Assembly (NCBI RefSeq): GCF_964213995.1
Contig: NC_135823.1
Span: forward strand, 44,082,001 to 44,146,000
DNA: 64,000 nucleotides
From: Mustelus asterias
Taxonomy: Eukaryota
Direction: 5' to 3'
Each line of letters opens with the position of its first letter. The stretch's first letter is position 1. Shown here piece by piece: positions 37,828 to 52,077 of this stretch. The notes under the pieces were generated by a model that was not told the DNA's origin, did not search any database, and saw only the letters and a list, made by a program, of their open reading frames with translations. The translations under genes and the position numbers were made by a program.

Positions 37828-37899
37828 ATGTTGGTGAAGATCTAATGAACATGTGTGAAAGAAATATCATTGTGAACAAGCATATTTATGGGGCAGCAG
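37828..37899 (+). CDS. METTL22: METTL22 coding exon 5
   Basis: ttctag|(D)VGEDLMNMCERNIIVNKHIYGAA|gtaag; 72 nt. Confidence 0.95.
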
Positions 37900-39344
37900 G
37901 TAAGGTGAGGTCAATGGTGCTTTGAAAAAGATATAATCAAATCACAGTGTTTTATGTGTTGTCATTCCAACTGATTGGGACAGTAATTGAGTTCATTCTA
38001 AAACAGTAGCATTAAGAGAAATTATTGCTGAAGTGCCGGGCATTGGTGTGAGATTACTCTTGCACTATAACTGGAGCATCAGTGTGAAGTGGCTTCAGTT
38101 TGCATCCGCTGTAAAGTTGTAGTGTAAATCCAGAGTCTGGGCCCCACCTGGCTCTGGAAAAAAGGCATATTGCTCCCAAGGTGGAACAGTCTAACTCCAG
38201 GATCAGGTCTTGCCTCGACTCCAGAAATGTGCCAATTTTGTAATATCCATATAAAGTGGAAATGCTGTAGTTACAAAGTAAATAAAGGTCCAAAACTCTT
38301 TCCACAATATGAATACCGGTTTTCTCCCAACAATTTTACACAATGTGCTGTTACCTCAGATGTCAAACGTTGTTTAAAACGCTGGCCTAAATTTTATGCT
38401 TCCCTCCAAGATCCCACCTGCCCCGACCCAGAAGCGATTTTATGGTGGGGCAAGTAGGGAGTCAAATGGGGAGCCTGCCCTTGACGTAATTAAGACCCTT
38501 ATGTGGCCATTTCAAGGCCTTTTGCTGCCCAGCCTCTATTTTCAGGCTGGTGGGCACCAGGTAACTCACCGGGAAGTAGAAAAACTTACATCCACAACTT
38601 TGGGCAGGAAGGTAGCCGAGCGGAGAGGCGGTTGCTCCATTGGAAGCCCTCTCCTGACTGGGGTGACGCCAGTCTCTCCTCACCGACCCCCCATCCCCCA
38701 CCAGCCTATCCCCCAATATCCCTGTCGGCCCCCTTGCGAGGCATCCATGACCCTCCCCTTCCAGGGACCTCTACCTCTTTGTGGGGTAGAGAACTTCATT
38801 GACTCACACATCCCGTGTCCTTCATAAAAGTCTAGCTCATAGATAAGACTGAGATCACAATGTTTAATAAGTTGAATGAAGTCTTAGAAAACAAACATTT
38901 GTTTCAAACTCACAATGATATATAATTTTGGGATGATTGGGGCTCATAAGAAAAAGAAAACAGTCAAAATGCAAAAAGCTGCAAGAGAGACCCAAAAATG
39001 TTTCGCAACTGTTAGGATAGATAGTAGGCCAAAGAAGAGGGGAGCATGTGATCAGTGTAATGAATAGATTATTTGTATAACTTTTCAAAAGCAACGACTA
39101 AACAAATTCCAGTGATAGTGGGATGAAATGATGGACAGCACATATAAAAGTTAGTTTTAAAAATTGGTTATGAAGAAGCTAGAATAACAAAATATTCACA
39201 AGGCAATCAAGCCAGATTCTGAAATGCCAAAGGACTTTAAGAAGAAAATTGCTGTGGCTAATCAGTTTCACAGCTTGATACATACTGGAATAGTCCCCAA
39301 GTTCTGGATACTCGCAAATGTAGTGGTGATTTGCCCAAGAGTAG

Positions 39345-39545
39345 TCTCTTCATTTTACCATGCCCTGTGGTCCTATACTTTCCTCATCATTTGTTTGTAT
39401 GAGTCCCCATTTTCAACTTCAGTGAGCACCTGACCAAGGAGTAGCGCTCCGAAAGCTTGTGATTTCAAATAAACCTCTTGGACTATAATCTGTGTGACCT
39501 CTCAGCTTGTACACCCTAGTCCAACACTGGCATCGCCACATCATA
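39345..39545 (+). mobile_element. Penelope-like 3' fragment with a mutated hammerhead (39427-39461)
   Basis: CAC-CTGACCA-AGGAG..CTCC-GAAAGCTT-GTG, then AATAAACCT.TTGGACT..AGTCCAACACTGGCATC, as at 30337-30466. Confidence 0.7.
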
Positions 39546-40384
39546 GGGAAAGAATACATGAGGTAGTTCCCCATTCCGCCCCCCCTCCCCCAAAGGGAAC
39601 ACAAGTCCACTTCCCAATGTATCCCCCACCTGTCAGCAACTGTTATCTCACCAGGTTCTAGCTCTTCTGCCAGCACCATTATAGGTTTCTCGGTTCTGCT
39701 ATTGACCATTGCTTGTAACCCGGATCACAGGACAGTTACCTGAGCCTGCAGTGAAAGGGAAGTGATTGTCATCTCCGGAGGTCTGAAATGACAGTGCTAC
39801 CCTAACAAACAGAGCAAATGGAGTTCCAGTATTGCAGTATAGAGTCAATCACACACATTAACAGGCTCTTATATCCATTGTGCAGAAAGCCTTAAAAAAA
39901 CATGATTATTAAAGAGAGTATTCAGATTGGTTTTAAAAGTAATAGACCTACTGCTGAAAGCTAAATTAGCTCGTGAGGCCATGGGACATGGATCATTTCT
40001 GTGCTACTGAGACAATGGAATTGGTGTCTACCGAAGTCGTGGCATTAAAATAATATATTTTGTGATGTACTATATTATCTTGGGAAAATACTAGATATGA
40101 TGAAACTTCATGGAATTTCATAATAGAAATATTATCTTACTCTTTCTTCAGGATATTAAGTTGGGTACAGTCATGCTTGAGAAAATAATACTGTTTAACA
40201 TTTGAGGGAGAAATAGATTGAAAACTTAATGATGCTGCACTTTTTTTTAATAAGCGTTAAACCAGGCCCTATACAGCAGGCAGTATGTGCTCATGTATTT
40301 TTTGAGGATAAAGAATATCGTCCACCATCTTGGGATAAGCATCAATAAGTTTCTATAGGATTATATTCACTGGATTTTGGAAGA

Positions 40385-41130
40385 GTGAGCAGGGATCCCA
40401 TAGAAACTTATAAAATTCTAACAAGGTTAGACAGGGTAGATTCAGAAAGAATGTTCTCTTTACAAATGCGAGGTGATGCATTTTGGTAGATCCAATTCAC
40501 GGGGAGCTATAAAATAAATGGCAAAACCATCAGGAGCATAGACACACAGTGAGATCTGGGAGTACAGGTCCACAGATTCTTAAAAGTGGCAGCACAACTG
40601 GAAAAGGTGGTGAAGAAAGCATATGGCATACTTGCCTTCATTGGCCGGGGCATCAAGTATAAAAGTTGGCAAATTATGTCACAGTGATGTACAACGTTGA
40701 TTGGGCCACATTTGGAATACTGTGTCCAATTCTGGTCGCCACACTACCAGAAGGAGGTGGAGGCTTTGGAAGGAGTGCAGAAAAGGTTTACCAGGATGTT
40801 GCCTGGTATGGAGGGTATTAGCAAGGAGGAGAGATTGAATAAACTGGGATTGTTCTCCCTGGAAAGAAGGAGGCTGAGCTTATAAAATTATGAGGGGCAC
40901 AGATAGGGTGAACAGTTGGAAGCTTTTTTCCCAGGGCAAAAATGACAATTACAAAGGGGCACAAGTTTAAGGTAAGGGGAAAAGGTTCAGTAGGGATGTG
41001 CGGGGAAAGATTTTTACACAGAGGGTGGTGGGAGCCTGTAATGCACTGCCAAGTGAGGTGGTTGAAGCAGAAACATTAGTGACATTAAAGACTTATCTGG
41101 ATAGACACACGAACCGACAGGGGATAGAGG
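40385..41130 (+). mobile_element. CR1 3' fragments
   Basis: PHLEYCVQFWSPHY..RFTRMLPG..LGLFSLERRRL. Confidence 0.85.
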
Positions 41131-41139
41131 AATACAGGC

Positions 41140-41387
41140 AGTATCCCATTCCATGCCCCTCCACCCCTCCCCACCTTCCCCCTCATCCTGTCCCCTCCTC
41201 CGTCCCTCCCTCCCCATTCCCCCCATCTCCTTCCTCCGTCCCCACCCTCCATCTCTCCCAGTCTCTCCCACTCCGTCACCCCTCTGTCTCCTTGTTTTCC
41301 CCCCATCCTCCTCTGTTCCACCCTCCCCGTCCCACCCCCTCTCAACCTCTCCACACCCCTTCCTCTTTCTCTCCCCCTCTCCCCCAA
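41140..41387. repeat. C/T-rich low-complexity tract (G-rich on the minus strand)
   Basis: About 250 nt of almost pure pyrimidines with many C-runs. Confidence 0.9.
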
Positions 41388-41999
41388 TGATCAAATCAGT
41401 TGAGGAATCAGATAGGGCAGAGGCTGTTGTAATGGTATTATGTAATGAGATAGGTTCATTAGTTGTCTTACAGTAAAATATCTGGTGGGGAATAGTAACC
41501 ATAATATGATCGAATTTCATATTGAGTTTGAGAGTGGTTTGGTTAAGTCTGAAACTAGGAGCTTAAGTTTAAACAAAACCAATTAACATGGTTTTGAGGC
41601 ATGAGTTGGTTCAGGTTAGATAAGAAAATTCAATCAAAAGATATGAACGTGGATAAGCATTGCTGAACATTTGAAGAATAATTTGTCATTCTTAATAAAC
41701 ATGCAAGTCCTTGAAGTAAAATCCCCACAGGAAATGTGGTTCGACCGTGGTTAACTAAAGTACTAAGGATATCAGATTAACAGAAGAGATTAATAAAAAC
41801 AAAAATAGATAGAAATTTTATTTAAATTTGGAAACTACCACCAGCAGACGTGTGACATCTGGTGAGCTGAGAGGTTAACAGCTTCACTATACAGTCCTGG
41901 AAAGAGTCAGATTTTGCAGGCTGTTGAAAGGCTATGTGTGTACATTAGGGATGGATAATGAATGTTGACCTAGCAAGCATCGCCAACACCCATGAAATA

Positions 42000-43984
42000 A
42001 TTTTAGATCCTGAAAGAAGGTTTCTGCTAAGTACACCTCCGGTGCTTTTCCTTAAAATTTTCCTTAAATCTTTGCAACTTTCATCCCAGAGCCTTTGCGC
42101 TCCTCTGGCCCTATTTTGGTTATTTTAACAGCTACAGGCCCAACTTTGGCCTTTGTAAACCTGACTACCTTAAATTCTGTGGGCTGTCATCTCACCCTTG
42201 TAAATTCTCCTGAGCAGCACATTGCTTGTTCCCATCATTTTTCTCCAGTCTCCGTATAATGTGAAGCTTCTAAACACAAGACTACACTTCCAGCTGAGTT
42301 ATTGCCTGACAATATGTCCATCACTCCCATGGTAAGCTTGGTATTACCCCAACAGCCACTACTCCAGTGGCCAACTTACCTGCAGGTAAATTTTATTTAA
42401 GGGCACCTTCAAGCGTTGACCAATAAGCCCTCCTGCCAACGCGGTGGTATTTGTACTGCTTTCAGGTGACATCTTTGCAACCTTTGCTGCAAGTAGGATT
42501 TTAAGGCAGGCAGTGTCCCTGAGGATAGTTATTTATTTTGTCAGAGCGTAGGACACTAAAGAAGTCATTTTCCCTTTGTGTAAAAAACACTGGTACTCCT
42601 TAGTAATAGTTGAGCTTGAGTTCAGTACCTCATAACTACAGACTGTAGTGTTCCCTGTTGGAATCTTGGCATAGCAACAGTTTTCTTTAATATGCCCAGG
42701 TTCCTCACACTGAAAACACACAGGCCCCTGCCAGTTTACTATCTACGTCCTTTCTTTTAAAAGTGGGAGACTGCTCTGCTTTTCTTTCCCTGCTCTCATT
42801 TTCTCTAGAACATGTTTCGGTTTCATCATACCCTATCTCTCTCTAGCATGCAGGAGTTACCAAACCTAGGCATAGTTAGTGGTATGTGGGTCAATTTATA
42901 GTGCTCTGCTGTGATAGCTGTGTCTCTAGCTTTGGAAACTCTTTGTTCCTCCACATGGGTTTTTAAGTAACACGAGAGGCCGTTCTTGAACTCCTCCAAC
43001 AGGCTTTTCGAGTGAGATCAAGGATGCATTTATATCAACCTCTTGAACCGTGCGTACTAACCTAGAGTACTTTAAAAAAAACAAAGCTTATCTCCAAACA
43101 AGGACCATTCTATTAACTAGCAGTTGCTCCACTACATAAAGGTGACCCTTCCCTAGTCAATTCAATTTTCTTTAAGTTCTTTCCTTTTGGGCCTGATATT
43201 CCTTCTCTAGTTTTTCCAGTTGGATAGTTCCTCCTTTTTCTCATTTCTCTTTCCCAGTGTCTTTCTCTTACAGTTAATCCAGTCTCTTGATTTATGGTTT
43301 TCAGTCTCCCATGTGGCAGGCCTGTGGTTTCTGAATGGAGTCGATGGTTTCAAATTGAAGTGAGGGTCTTGTAAAGCGAAGGCCTCACAGCCGGTTGTGG
43401 GGTTTCTTGTAGTCGAATATTTAGGAGGTTGGCTCTCAGGTGAACTTTAAAGCTGGAATAAGTTAAGTACTTTGGCTGCAGCTAGTTTCAGAGTCCGGTT
43501 CTTCTCAAGACTGGCTGATGACTGATGGTTCTAATAACCTGCTAGATCCTGGGGTAATGAGTGTGCTGCCCCCTGAACGCAGTGTCGATCAGATGACTGC
43601 TGGGTTAATATTTCTGAGGCCCAGCCAGTCTGGTTAGGATGGGGGAAGCTATTGTGATACAATGGGAAGGTGATCATGGCCACTGAGTTTCAATATTGCC
43701 TTTCGTCCAGTCTGAAACATGGAGGCAGGCTGTCTTACAACTCCAGCGTCTTAAGACATCCTTAGACAATGAGATATGTGAATTCCACAGGTAGCTGTGA
43801 GGTACCCTCATCTCGACCCATATTTTATTGGGTATTTGTGATTCTTGTTTCTGTCTGTAGTCCAAGTGCCAATGGTCACATGATTTAGCACAGCCACTTT
43901 AACAAATTATTTGTGTCGATGTGTCTAATTTTTTTAAGTATTGACTGAAGTTCATAATGTGACATGCCTTTACTTGCCATGACA
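42000..43984 (-). mobile_element. Decayed Gypsy-like remnant: gag fragment plus LTR-like segment (~43275-43984)
   Basis: CFQCEEPGHIKENC zinc knuckle (42533-42721 ORF), LLEEFKN motif near 42985-43003, adjacent segment homologous to ~14160-15098 and ending ATGACA. Confidence 0.6.
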
Positions 43985-44699
43985 AGAGTTGTTCCATTAT
44001 CAGCCATATAATGTGTCATCAGAACTTGTGACAGAGACGGTTTTTGTGTCCTTGACTACGCTTACTGAATCCAGTTGCTTTGGTTGTGCAAATGCATTTC
44101 TTTTAGGCATGTCAAAATTTCTTCAAGTGTGATTTATGTTGATTCAGGAATTGCCATTGTTAGATTTTGTATATTTCAAACTGAAATCTTGCAACTCTTT
44201 TAAAAAATCTTGCCTTGTCACAAGACAAAAGCAATGTTGAGTTACGCTCAGATGAAATAATGGTCAGTCCAGTCCAACTTTTCTGGTTATCTTGACAGCT
44301 TTGACATCTTGTTGCAGGACCAGAAAGTAATCAGGAAATGTTCAGTGTGTGAATGCAGCTACATTGTTTGAATTTGGTTGGAAGATGTGTACAGCTCATC
44401 CGTGTTCTGCATAGAGTGCTATTGGTATACTCATTTTCCATTAGTCCTTCTGACACTATAGCAACCTGTGATCCCATTCCATGTTCTTAAATTTAACTAT
44501 AAATTGATTTAATGTCACTGAGAGTAACCAACTTACTATTCACAAACAACTCTTTTGCATTGTCTCATTATTAGTCATAATAGGAGCATAGCTATTAACT
44601 AAGGTAGTGAAGTACTTCTTTGTAAGTGTGGGACACTTACTTTTGAACTAGTTGCGAAGCAGCTTCATGCATATATCATTATTGAATATTGCTTGGTAG

Positions 44700-45710
44700 C
44701 TTCCTCCAAGGACTTATCCATGGCCCCCTCTCTCTATTTCTTATCTCTGTGCTTGCTGCCCTTTGGCAACATCATCCCAAGATGAAGTATTGGTTATCAC
44801 ATGTGCACTGATGACTCCAGCTCTACCTCACCACCTCTTCTCTTGACTCTTCCACTGTTGATAAATTATCAGAGTGAATATCCAACATCCAATACTGAAT
44901 GAGCAGAAGTTTCTTCCAGTTAAAAATTGGGAAGGCCAAAGCCATTATTTTGGAGTCCATGTTTCAAACTCTATCCCCTAGTTACCGTCTCCATCGCTCT
45001 CGCTGGCAATAGTCTGAGTCTGTTTGCAACATGCCACATTTCACTCTGCAATGAGCTCCCGACCTCATATTCACACGACCAATAGGCCGCCTATTTGCAC
45101 CTCCTTAACATTGTTGACTTTGCTCATAAAACCATCATTCATGCCTTTAAAAACCTTTAGAATTGACTATCCCAATGGATTGCTGGCTGGTCTTCCACAA
45201 TCTACCCTCCATAAACTTGACATAATCAAAATCTCTGCTACCCATGTCTTAACTTATACCAAGTCTGGATCACCAATCACCCTTGTGCTCAGTGCCAAGC
45301 AGTGCCTTGATTTTAAAATTCTCACCCTTGTTTATAAATCATTCCATGGCTTCCTCCCTCTTGATCTTTGTTATCACCTTCAGCCACGCAACCCTCTGAA
45401 ACATCTACACTCATCTAATTTTGGCCTCTTGAGCGTCGCGAATTGTAATCACTCCCCTATCGCTGGCCAGGCCTTCAGCAATGAAGGCCTGGCCAGCGAT
45501 GAATAATCGTTCTAAACGTTTTCATCTCTCAACCTCGCTTTGCTCCCTTAAGACATTCATTGAAACCTGCCTCAATGACCAAGATTTCAGTCATCTGACC
45601 AAGTATCTCCTTATGTGGCTCAATGTCGTATTTATAATGCCCCTGTGAAGCGTGCTGGCATGTTTCATAACAATAAAGATGCTATACAAAGATAGGTTGT
45701 TGTTGTCATC
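44700..45710 (+). mobile_element. Old L2-type LINE 3' portion
   Basis: Degenerate RT (..DDSQLY) and RIDY..LLAGLP..FKILTLVYKS; 3' end CCTGTGAAGCG..GTTGTTGTTG. Confidence 0.75.
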
Positions 45711-46551
45711 AGATTTTCTTTTTAATTAACACTGTGATGGCAGTGATCTGTGTTTTAATAGATTCAATAGATGACATACTACTTGTTATAGTTACGCTAT
45801 AAAGAGGAACCAATTCTTATGAGGATGTACATCCATATTTACTGCTGCACTGGCAGTCAGGTGCTGAGCTGTATCAGTCCACCAGCCACATGGAAAGTTG
45901 CAAGAAATACACTCGATGTAGCTCCAGCATTATGAATCTATAAGTGTGATTACGTCAAACTTCTGGGAACAAGAAGACATAGGACTGGGGTACCATCATA
46001 ATGGTGCAGCGGGAGAGGAAATATGAAGATGAATGCAAACTGACTTTGTACTGAAGTTTGCAGTGTTCACTTTTCCGATTAGAGTGCGTAATTGTAATTA
46101 TTTGAGTGTGACTGAAATGTGAACGCATGTTGTAAATAAATTGCAAAATGGCATTTAAGAAAATATACTTGCCAAAATCTGAAGAACAAAGTAACTGTCA
46201 CAAATTCTGTGGTGTACAGAATGCGTTGATGTGATGACAACAAAAAACCCTTACACATTAAAACAAGCCATTTAAAAGAAGAAGAGTTGCAATGTTTAAG
46301 TTTTGGCGATGTAGTAAAAGGATAAATTCCTAATCTCATGCCTGAAGGGAGCAACATTTCTCAGCCTGAAGTGCAATTTCCTGCTGGAACCTTGTTTTTG
46401 AGGAATTTACCCGAAAGCGAATTGATGCCCCGGTTAAGATATTTGTAAAGGAAATATGTCCTGTTGGGTAATTTCACACTTTGTACATTAAAATATATTT
46501 TTTTTCTTTTAAAATTAAAACAAAATATTTGTGCTGTGCCTGAACCAACAG

Positions 46552-46605
46552 GAGGTGAAATTAAAGTGAGGGAATTGGACTGGCTGAGAGATGACTTATG
46601 CACAG
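46552..46605 (+). CDS. METTL22: METTL22 coding exon 6
   Basis: caacag|(G)GEIKVRELDWLRDDLCT|gtaag; 54 nt. Confidence 0.93.
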
Positions 46606-47769
46606 GTAAGAGATTAACTCAACTACAGTGGTAACTATCTGTTTATACATCGCTCAAGTATCCCTTTAAGGAGTTAAACAAAAGTACAGGTTGTAGTTTG
46701 TACTTATTTGCTTATCAAATATGTTGATTTACAACTTATTTGCATTATATATTGCTGCATTGAGATGTGGCCAAAGTTCATATAGCTTTGTCCAGGAACC
46801 ATGCGAAGTTGCTTTACAGACTAGCAAACATCAAGGATTTAGGAGAATTTATACCCAGACTAGAATAGCGATTATTTACAAATTACAATACAAACAATGT
46901 GTTATAAATTCCCTGGAACTTGTTCTATATCATACAGTATTTGAAAGGCGGAATTCTCCCAAGGATAGCTAGTATGGTCCAAAATGTAGCATCGCTCTAT
47001 TAAAATTCGACACAAAGGTATCACGAAAGTATTTGTAATCCCAGTTCCACATTTCACAAACTTTAATGTGTCCAAAGCTTTGTTTCCTGAGCTTTTCAGT
47101 AGATACTTGCATTCTCATTGAGATTCACTGTCTTGAGCAATTGTGTTCAAGATCCTCATTTCACTTTCTAGATCTTCCTGTACTCTGACTCTGCGATCTA
47201 CTCTTTTAACTTCTATTTCTTCCAGTTCACAAAAACTGCATTCCCCCACTTTTGCCTCCTTCCCTACTTCAGCTTAGCTGCTCCACGAACCTTAAACTAG
47301 GCTTGCCCAACACTTATCGGTTGGAAGGTCACATTTCAGATTTTCTCTTGCTCGGGGCGGGGGGGCTAAAGAGCAATTATGGTAAGAAAAGGAAATAAGC
47401 TCAGAGGAATGGGAATTCATCTCGCTGTTCCTCCAAACAACACATCAGCATCACTATAATCCAGCTGCAGATAAGAAGACTAATTTACCACCTTACTCTG
47501 TTCATTGTGCCTTGATTCAGTGAGGCATCTGCCCATGATGCCTACACATGTACCTGATGTAGCGTCGTGGGGTGTCCCACACCTGCTGCCCATCTCTGAG
47601 GGGTGCACCTGATGCTGTATTCCCATCCTGATTCTTCGCACATGGGATCACATTTCCAGTCTTTCCTCGCTTGCAGGAGGCCCCATTCATAAATTCTGGG
47701 AGGAAAGGGACACAACCAGATGATGTGAAATTTATATCGACCAACAGAAATCTGCACCTCTAATGAGCC

Positions 47770-49560
47770 AGTTTTACAGGAAGAGACTAAGTAAAATTGC
47801 TTTACCTTCTCTACACTACCAGGAGCACGGATTCAGTGAGACAGCTGGCATTTATTCTATTTGAACAAGAAATCGATGTCCACCCTTGAACCTAAGGCGC
47901 CAATACGGAGTATTCCATATAGATGTTCATTTGTTAGCAGCAATCTTAATTTGGACTTGATGCTTTTCATTCGCAAAAATGTTGCTCACAGTAACATGTG
48001 CTGTCAAACAACATGATGAGGTGACAGGCATGTCTTTGCAGGTTTGAAATCACATTGGACATAATGCTTGTAAAATGTCAGAAGATCATGCTTGGCAAAA
48101 GCTCTCTGCAGGGCACTGTCCTTCTGAATCTCAATTAACTCTAAGTGGAACGCATCAGTGGTATCAGTCCCAAATAGGTTTGCAAAGAACTTCATCTCAT
48201 CACTGTGCCCTCTGAAATCCGCAAATCTGTGCTTGAATTCATCTCTCAATCCACCACTAGGGCAGCACACTTCGCATTGTCCATTGTATCAGCATGCCTT
48301 GTGGAAAGCATTGCAAGGTGGACTACTTTCTTGGCCAGCTGCTTCTGAAGCAATTCCAGCTTCTGAATGAACACTTAGACATGTTCATACAGCTTGTTGA
48401 CAAATTGATCTTTTCCATGCAATTTCACATTCAGGTTGGCAAGAAGTCTAGTAAGGTAAACTAGGAATGCTAAGTCATTTAGCCACACATCATCATCCAT
48501 GAAAGCTCATCTTTTCGTTTGTTTGTATGAAGAACTTTATCTCTTAATGTAGTGCCCAGAATCTGGCTAGTGTGGGCACTTTGAGAAGCCAGTGGAACTG
48601 GCTGAAGTGAATCACATCCTCATGCTGCAAGCCTACCTCTGCAAGAAAGGCTCGGTCTGTGATTAAGATCCTTAGACATGATGAAGTTGACAGTTTAAAT
48701 AACCTTCTCCATCACATGTCTCATCTCCAGGGTCTTTGCTGTTGGTGGATGATGCACCGATGTGTGATGACTTTCTGAGCCACTGATTTGATCATCAAAC
48801 TGACCAATCCATTGTGCTTGCCCATCATTGGAGGAGCTCCATCAGTATCAGGCCGCAAAGTCTGTCCTCAGGAAGACTGAAGCATTTCGCTGAGAATGTC
48901 TTGACCCGGTGTTCTTCCTTTCGTTGCGTGGGGTTCCAGCAGTTCCTCAATTACTTCAAATTTTTTAGTAACTCTTCTAAGTAGTTTGCAAGTTGAGCAG
49001 AATCACTCACATCCATGCTGTCAAGTCCCAGGCTGTAAAACCCACAGGCATTGGGTCTTTCAGTTAGAGAACTCTGAATGTTGGCTGCTAGGCCAGCCAC
49101 CCTTCTTGCAATGGTCTGTTATGAAAGGCTAGCTTTCTCTCCCATTGACAGTTCATCAGGACATACCACAGATGCAAACAAACCCAAGCAGTCTTTTATA
49201 AATTTCCCATCAGAAAGTGGTTTCCCTCTCCTGGTTATCGCTTCAGCAATAAAAAAACACTGACCTTGATCGAAGTCTCAGACGTCTGGGTTGTAGTCTT
49301 GAAGAGAGATTGCTGCTTGGTGATGTTTTGCTTCCGTGATTGCACTCGGTCAATTCCGCCTGACCTCTGAGGCTGTTAAATCTGCCCACATGTTTTGTAA
49401 TGAAATGTCGCTTGATATTATTCTTTGAAGACCTTCTCCTGGCATATCAAGCACATTACTTTACGTATATCAGTGAAGACTTCATCAGTTCAGGAGGCTT
49501 TGAAGACTTGGCCTTTTGAAGTCAGCTCTCCTTTTCTTATTCACAGCTGGTGCAGAGGTG
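47770..49560 (-). mobile_element. Decayed hAT (GTF2IRD2/SPIN-like) transposase
   Basis: Fragments such as LRDEFKHRFADF..FANLF..LELIEIQ and a TDGAPxM-like segment near 48825-48850; many stops and frameshifts; TIRs not located. Confidence 0.7.
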
Positions 49561-50069
49561 CTCGCTATCCTTAATCAGTAACTAACTCCAAATTGTTCTT
49601 CTGATCTGCAAGTCCAGTGAACTCTGTAAAAGGGTAGGGAAAAGTACATGATAAACAGCAGTATGAAAAAACACAACAATACAACCATGATAAAGTTCTC
49701 AGTAAACCCCTCCCTCTCCTTCCTCAAAGAGATCAATGGCAAAGCCCGATTGGGATATCTCCTCACCCTCTTTCGTGTCCCTTGCATCTGTGCTCTGCCC
49801 TTCGCTCCACAAAAAGCAATTGGGCCCAGCTCAACTCAAATTGAGACACCCAGGGCTCAGCCCCGCCATTACAGAGTAGACTTGCCAGTTAAAGCAAAAA
49901 CTCAGGTCTCCCAAGGCCAGGCCCACCATTACTGAGCACCCCTGCAGGTTTAAGCCAACATTCAATACTTTGAGATCAGGGCCCAGTCGAGTCCGGACTG
50001 GCAGCCCAAGTTGATCGGGGGGCTGAGTGGAGTCCGGAATGGAGGTCGAGTCCGGAGGACGAGACACAT

Positions 50070-51050
50070 TGGGCAGAAAATTACGAGAATAATTCTAAGT
50101 GTCCGCTAGCATGAAAATGGGAGTGTGACAGATCCGTTTTTTGGGCGAGTTTTTACGTCCAGTCTTGTGCATATAGTGCATGAAAAAATCGGTTAGACCA
50201 TTTCTAGCTGCTACAGGCAGTGGGCGGGGCTTAATTTGCCAGCTCGCCTGCAGGGGGAGCTGTTGCATATGTGCAGACCTTTGCTGTTGCTATTGCGCAA
50301 TAGCAACAGCAGCGGTCTGACAGAGAGAGAGCTGTGATGCCTCTGCTGTTGCAACCAGCCTGAACACAGCTCCCCTCCCCCCAATCACGGGGGCCCACAG
50401 CTGATCGCGAGCCCCACACACGTGGAAATATTGCCTCCGCCTCCCAGACTAATCGTGCCCCCCCTCCTTCTCACCCCCCCCCATACCGATCGCCTACAGG
50501 GCGGCAGCAGGACCCCCCCCCCATCCGATTGAGCTGTCTTGGCCTGGCCCCATCCCCATAAGCCCTGCCCCCTTCAGGCCCCATCCCCAAAAGCCCACCC
50601 GACACTGCCCAATGGGCAGTGCCAAGGTACCTGATGGGCATTGCCAAGGTGCCAGGCTGGCTGGCCCAAGGGCACCCCCCCACTTGCCGTAGGCTTCTGC
50701 AGTGGGCTTTACTGGCTTCCAGTTCTACCAGCAAGACCAACACGACAGTTCCCTGTTCATGGGGAGCAGGTGTTTTCCTCGCCGGAGAGAACCTCTCCCA
50801 GCCTGGTCATAAAGGCAAGTGAGCCCGGATGATTGAGCACCAAGCTCACTAAACACATGTAAAGCAGCATCAATACATATTTAAATAATTTATACAGTCT
50901 CTCGCCAGAAATCTGGCTCCTGTAAGATTGCAAGAAGTGAGAAATAGGGCGTGATCCTGATTTTTCAGTTCTTGCGCGATTGCACCAGTTTGCCCGCCTA
51001 TCGATGGACGAACCAGTCAAATTCAGCCCACTGTCGGGGTTCCCCCCCCC
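50070..51050. mobile_element. Unclassified non-autonomous element, same family as 52821-53140
   Basis: Shared left end (GAAAATGGGAG..TTTTTTGGGCGAGTT) and right end (GAAAT.GGGC..CCTGATTT.TCAG.TCTTGC.CGAT). Confidence 0.55.
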
Positions 51051-52077
51051 CCCCCCCCCCCCCCAACCTTCTGCCTGCAAGTCCATCCCCCACCAGCCAA
51101 CCAGCTGTGCTTATCTCAGGCTGGTTTCACTCCATACAGCAGCCATGGGACCTATCAGCAGCTAATGCATGGAGAAACCAGCCATGGCTGAACAGGCTTT
51201 GCGCATTTTATGAAATTCCTTCCAGGAATTTTTAACGTTGATAGTTACCTCAGAGGGCATGACGGGCCACTCAGAAATACCCATGGGCCCCTACCTTGGA
51301 CAAGCCTGCCTTGAATGTTTTGTCAGTTCCAGACATGATTATTCTCACCCTACATTCGCCACAAAGTTCAGCTTATCGGAACCTCTTCTGTGCCTTCACC
51401 ACATTCTGTTTGCCCAACAATTCAATACTTAATGTTCATTGGCTCCTAATTCTCTAATGCTTCAAATTTGAAATTCTCTTCAAATACTTCCATGACTTTG
51501 CCCTTCCTCGTCTCGATAATATGCAGCCCAAAACCCCGCGCCCACTAAACCCTATTACTGACTCCCAACTCCTTGTGCGTCCCACAATCCTGCCCTAAAA
51601 TTAGCAGTTATCCCCTTCAGCCGCCTAAGTCCCACATTCCGGAATTCTCTGCCCTAAACTCTCCACCTCCCCTTTCCTTCTTTTAAGAGCTTCCTTGCAA
51701 ACCTAACATTTTGACCAGACTCGTTTTTATGCCTTGTGTCTTGTGATATTTTTCAGATTAACAAGATTATATAAAGGCAAGTCATTACCGCTGTGACTAT
51801 TCCCCCACTTCCTGTGTGAAGCCATCGGATGGCCATTCTTGAAACTTTCCAGCTCACCAATTTTGCCATCTCTTTGACCATGTCAATAGTTTCTTTTGCC
51901 TACTGGTCAATTAAATTAATAGCGTAATGTAGAGTAAACTGTAATAGTTAATGCATTAATTATTGGCCTGCTAATGTTGCCATCAATAATTGCCATATTC
52001 CTGTTTGATTTTCCTTTCAATTTGTATTTTTTAACGTGGGAATTGCTGGATAAATTATTCCATCTCTTTTATTTCAG

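Noticed and set aside
40998-41520. Pro-rich and Gly/Arg-rich ORFs
   Set aside because: Artefacts of the polypyrimidine low-complexity tract.
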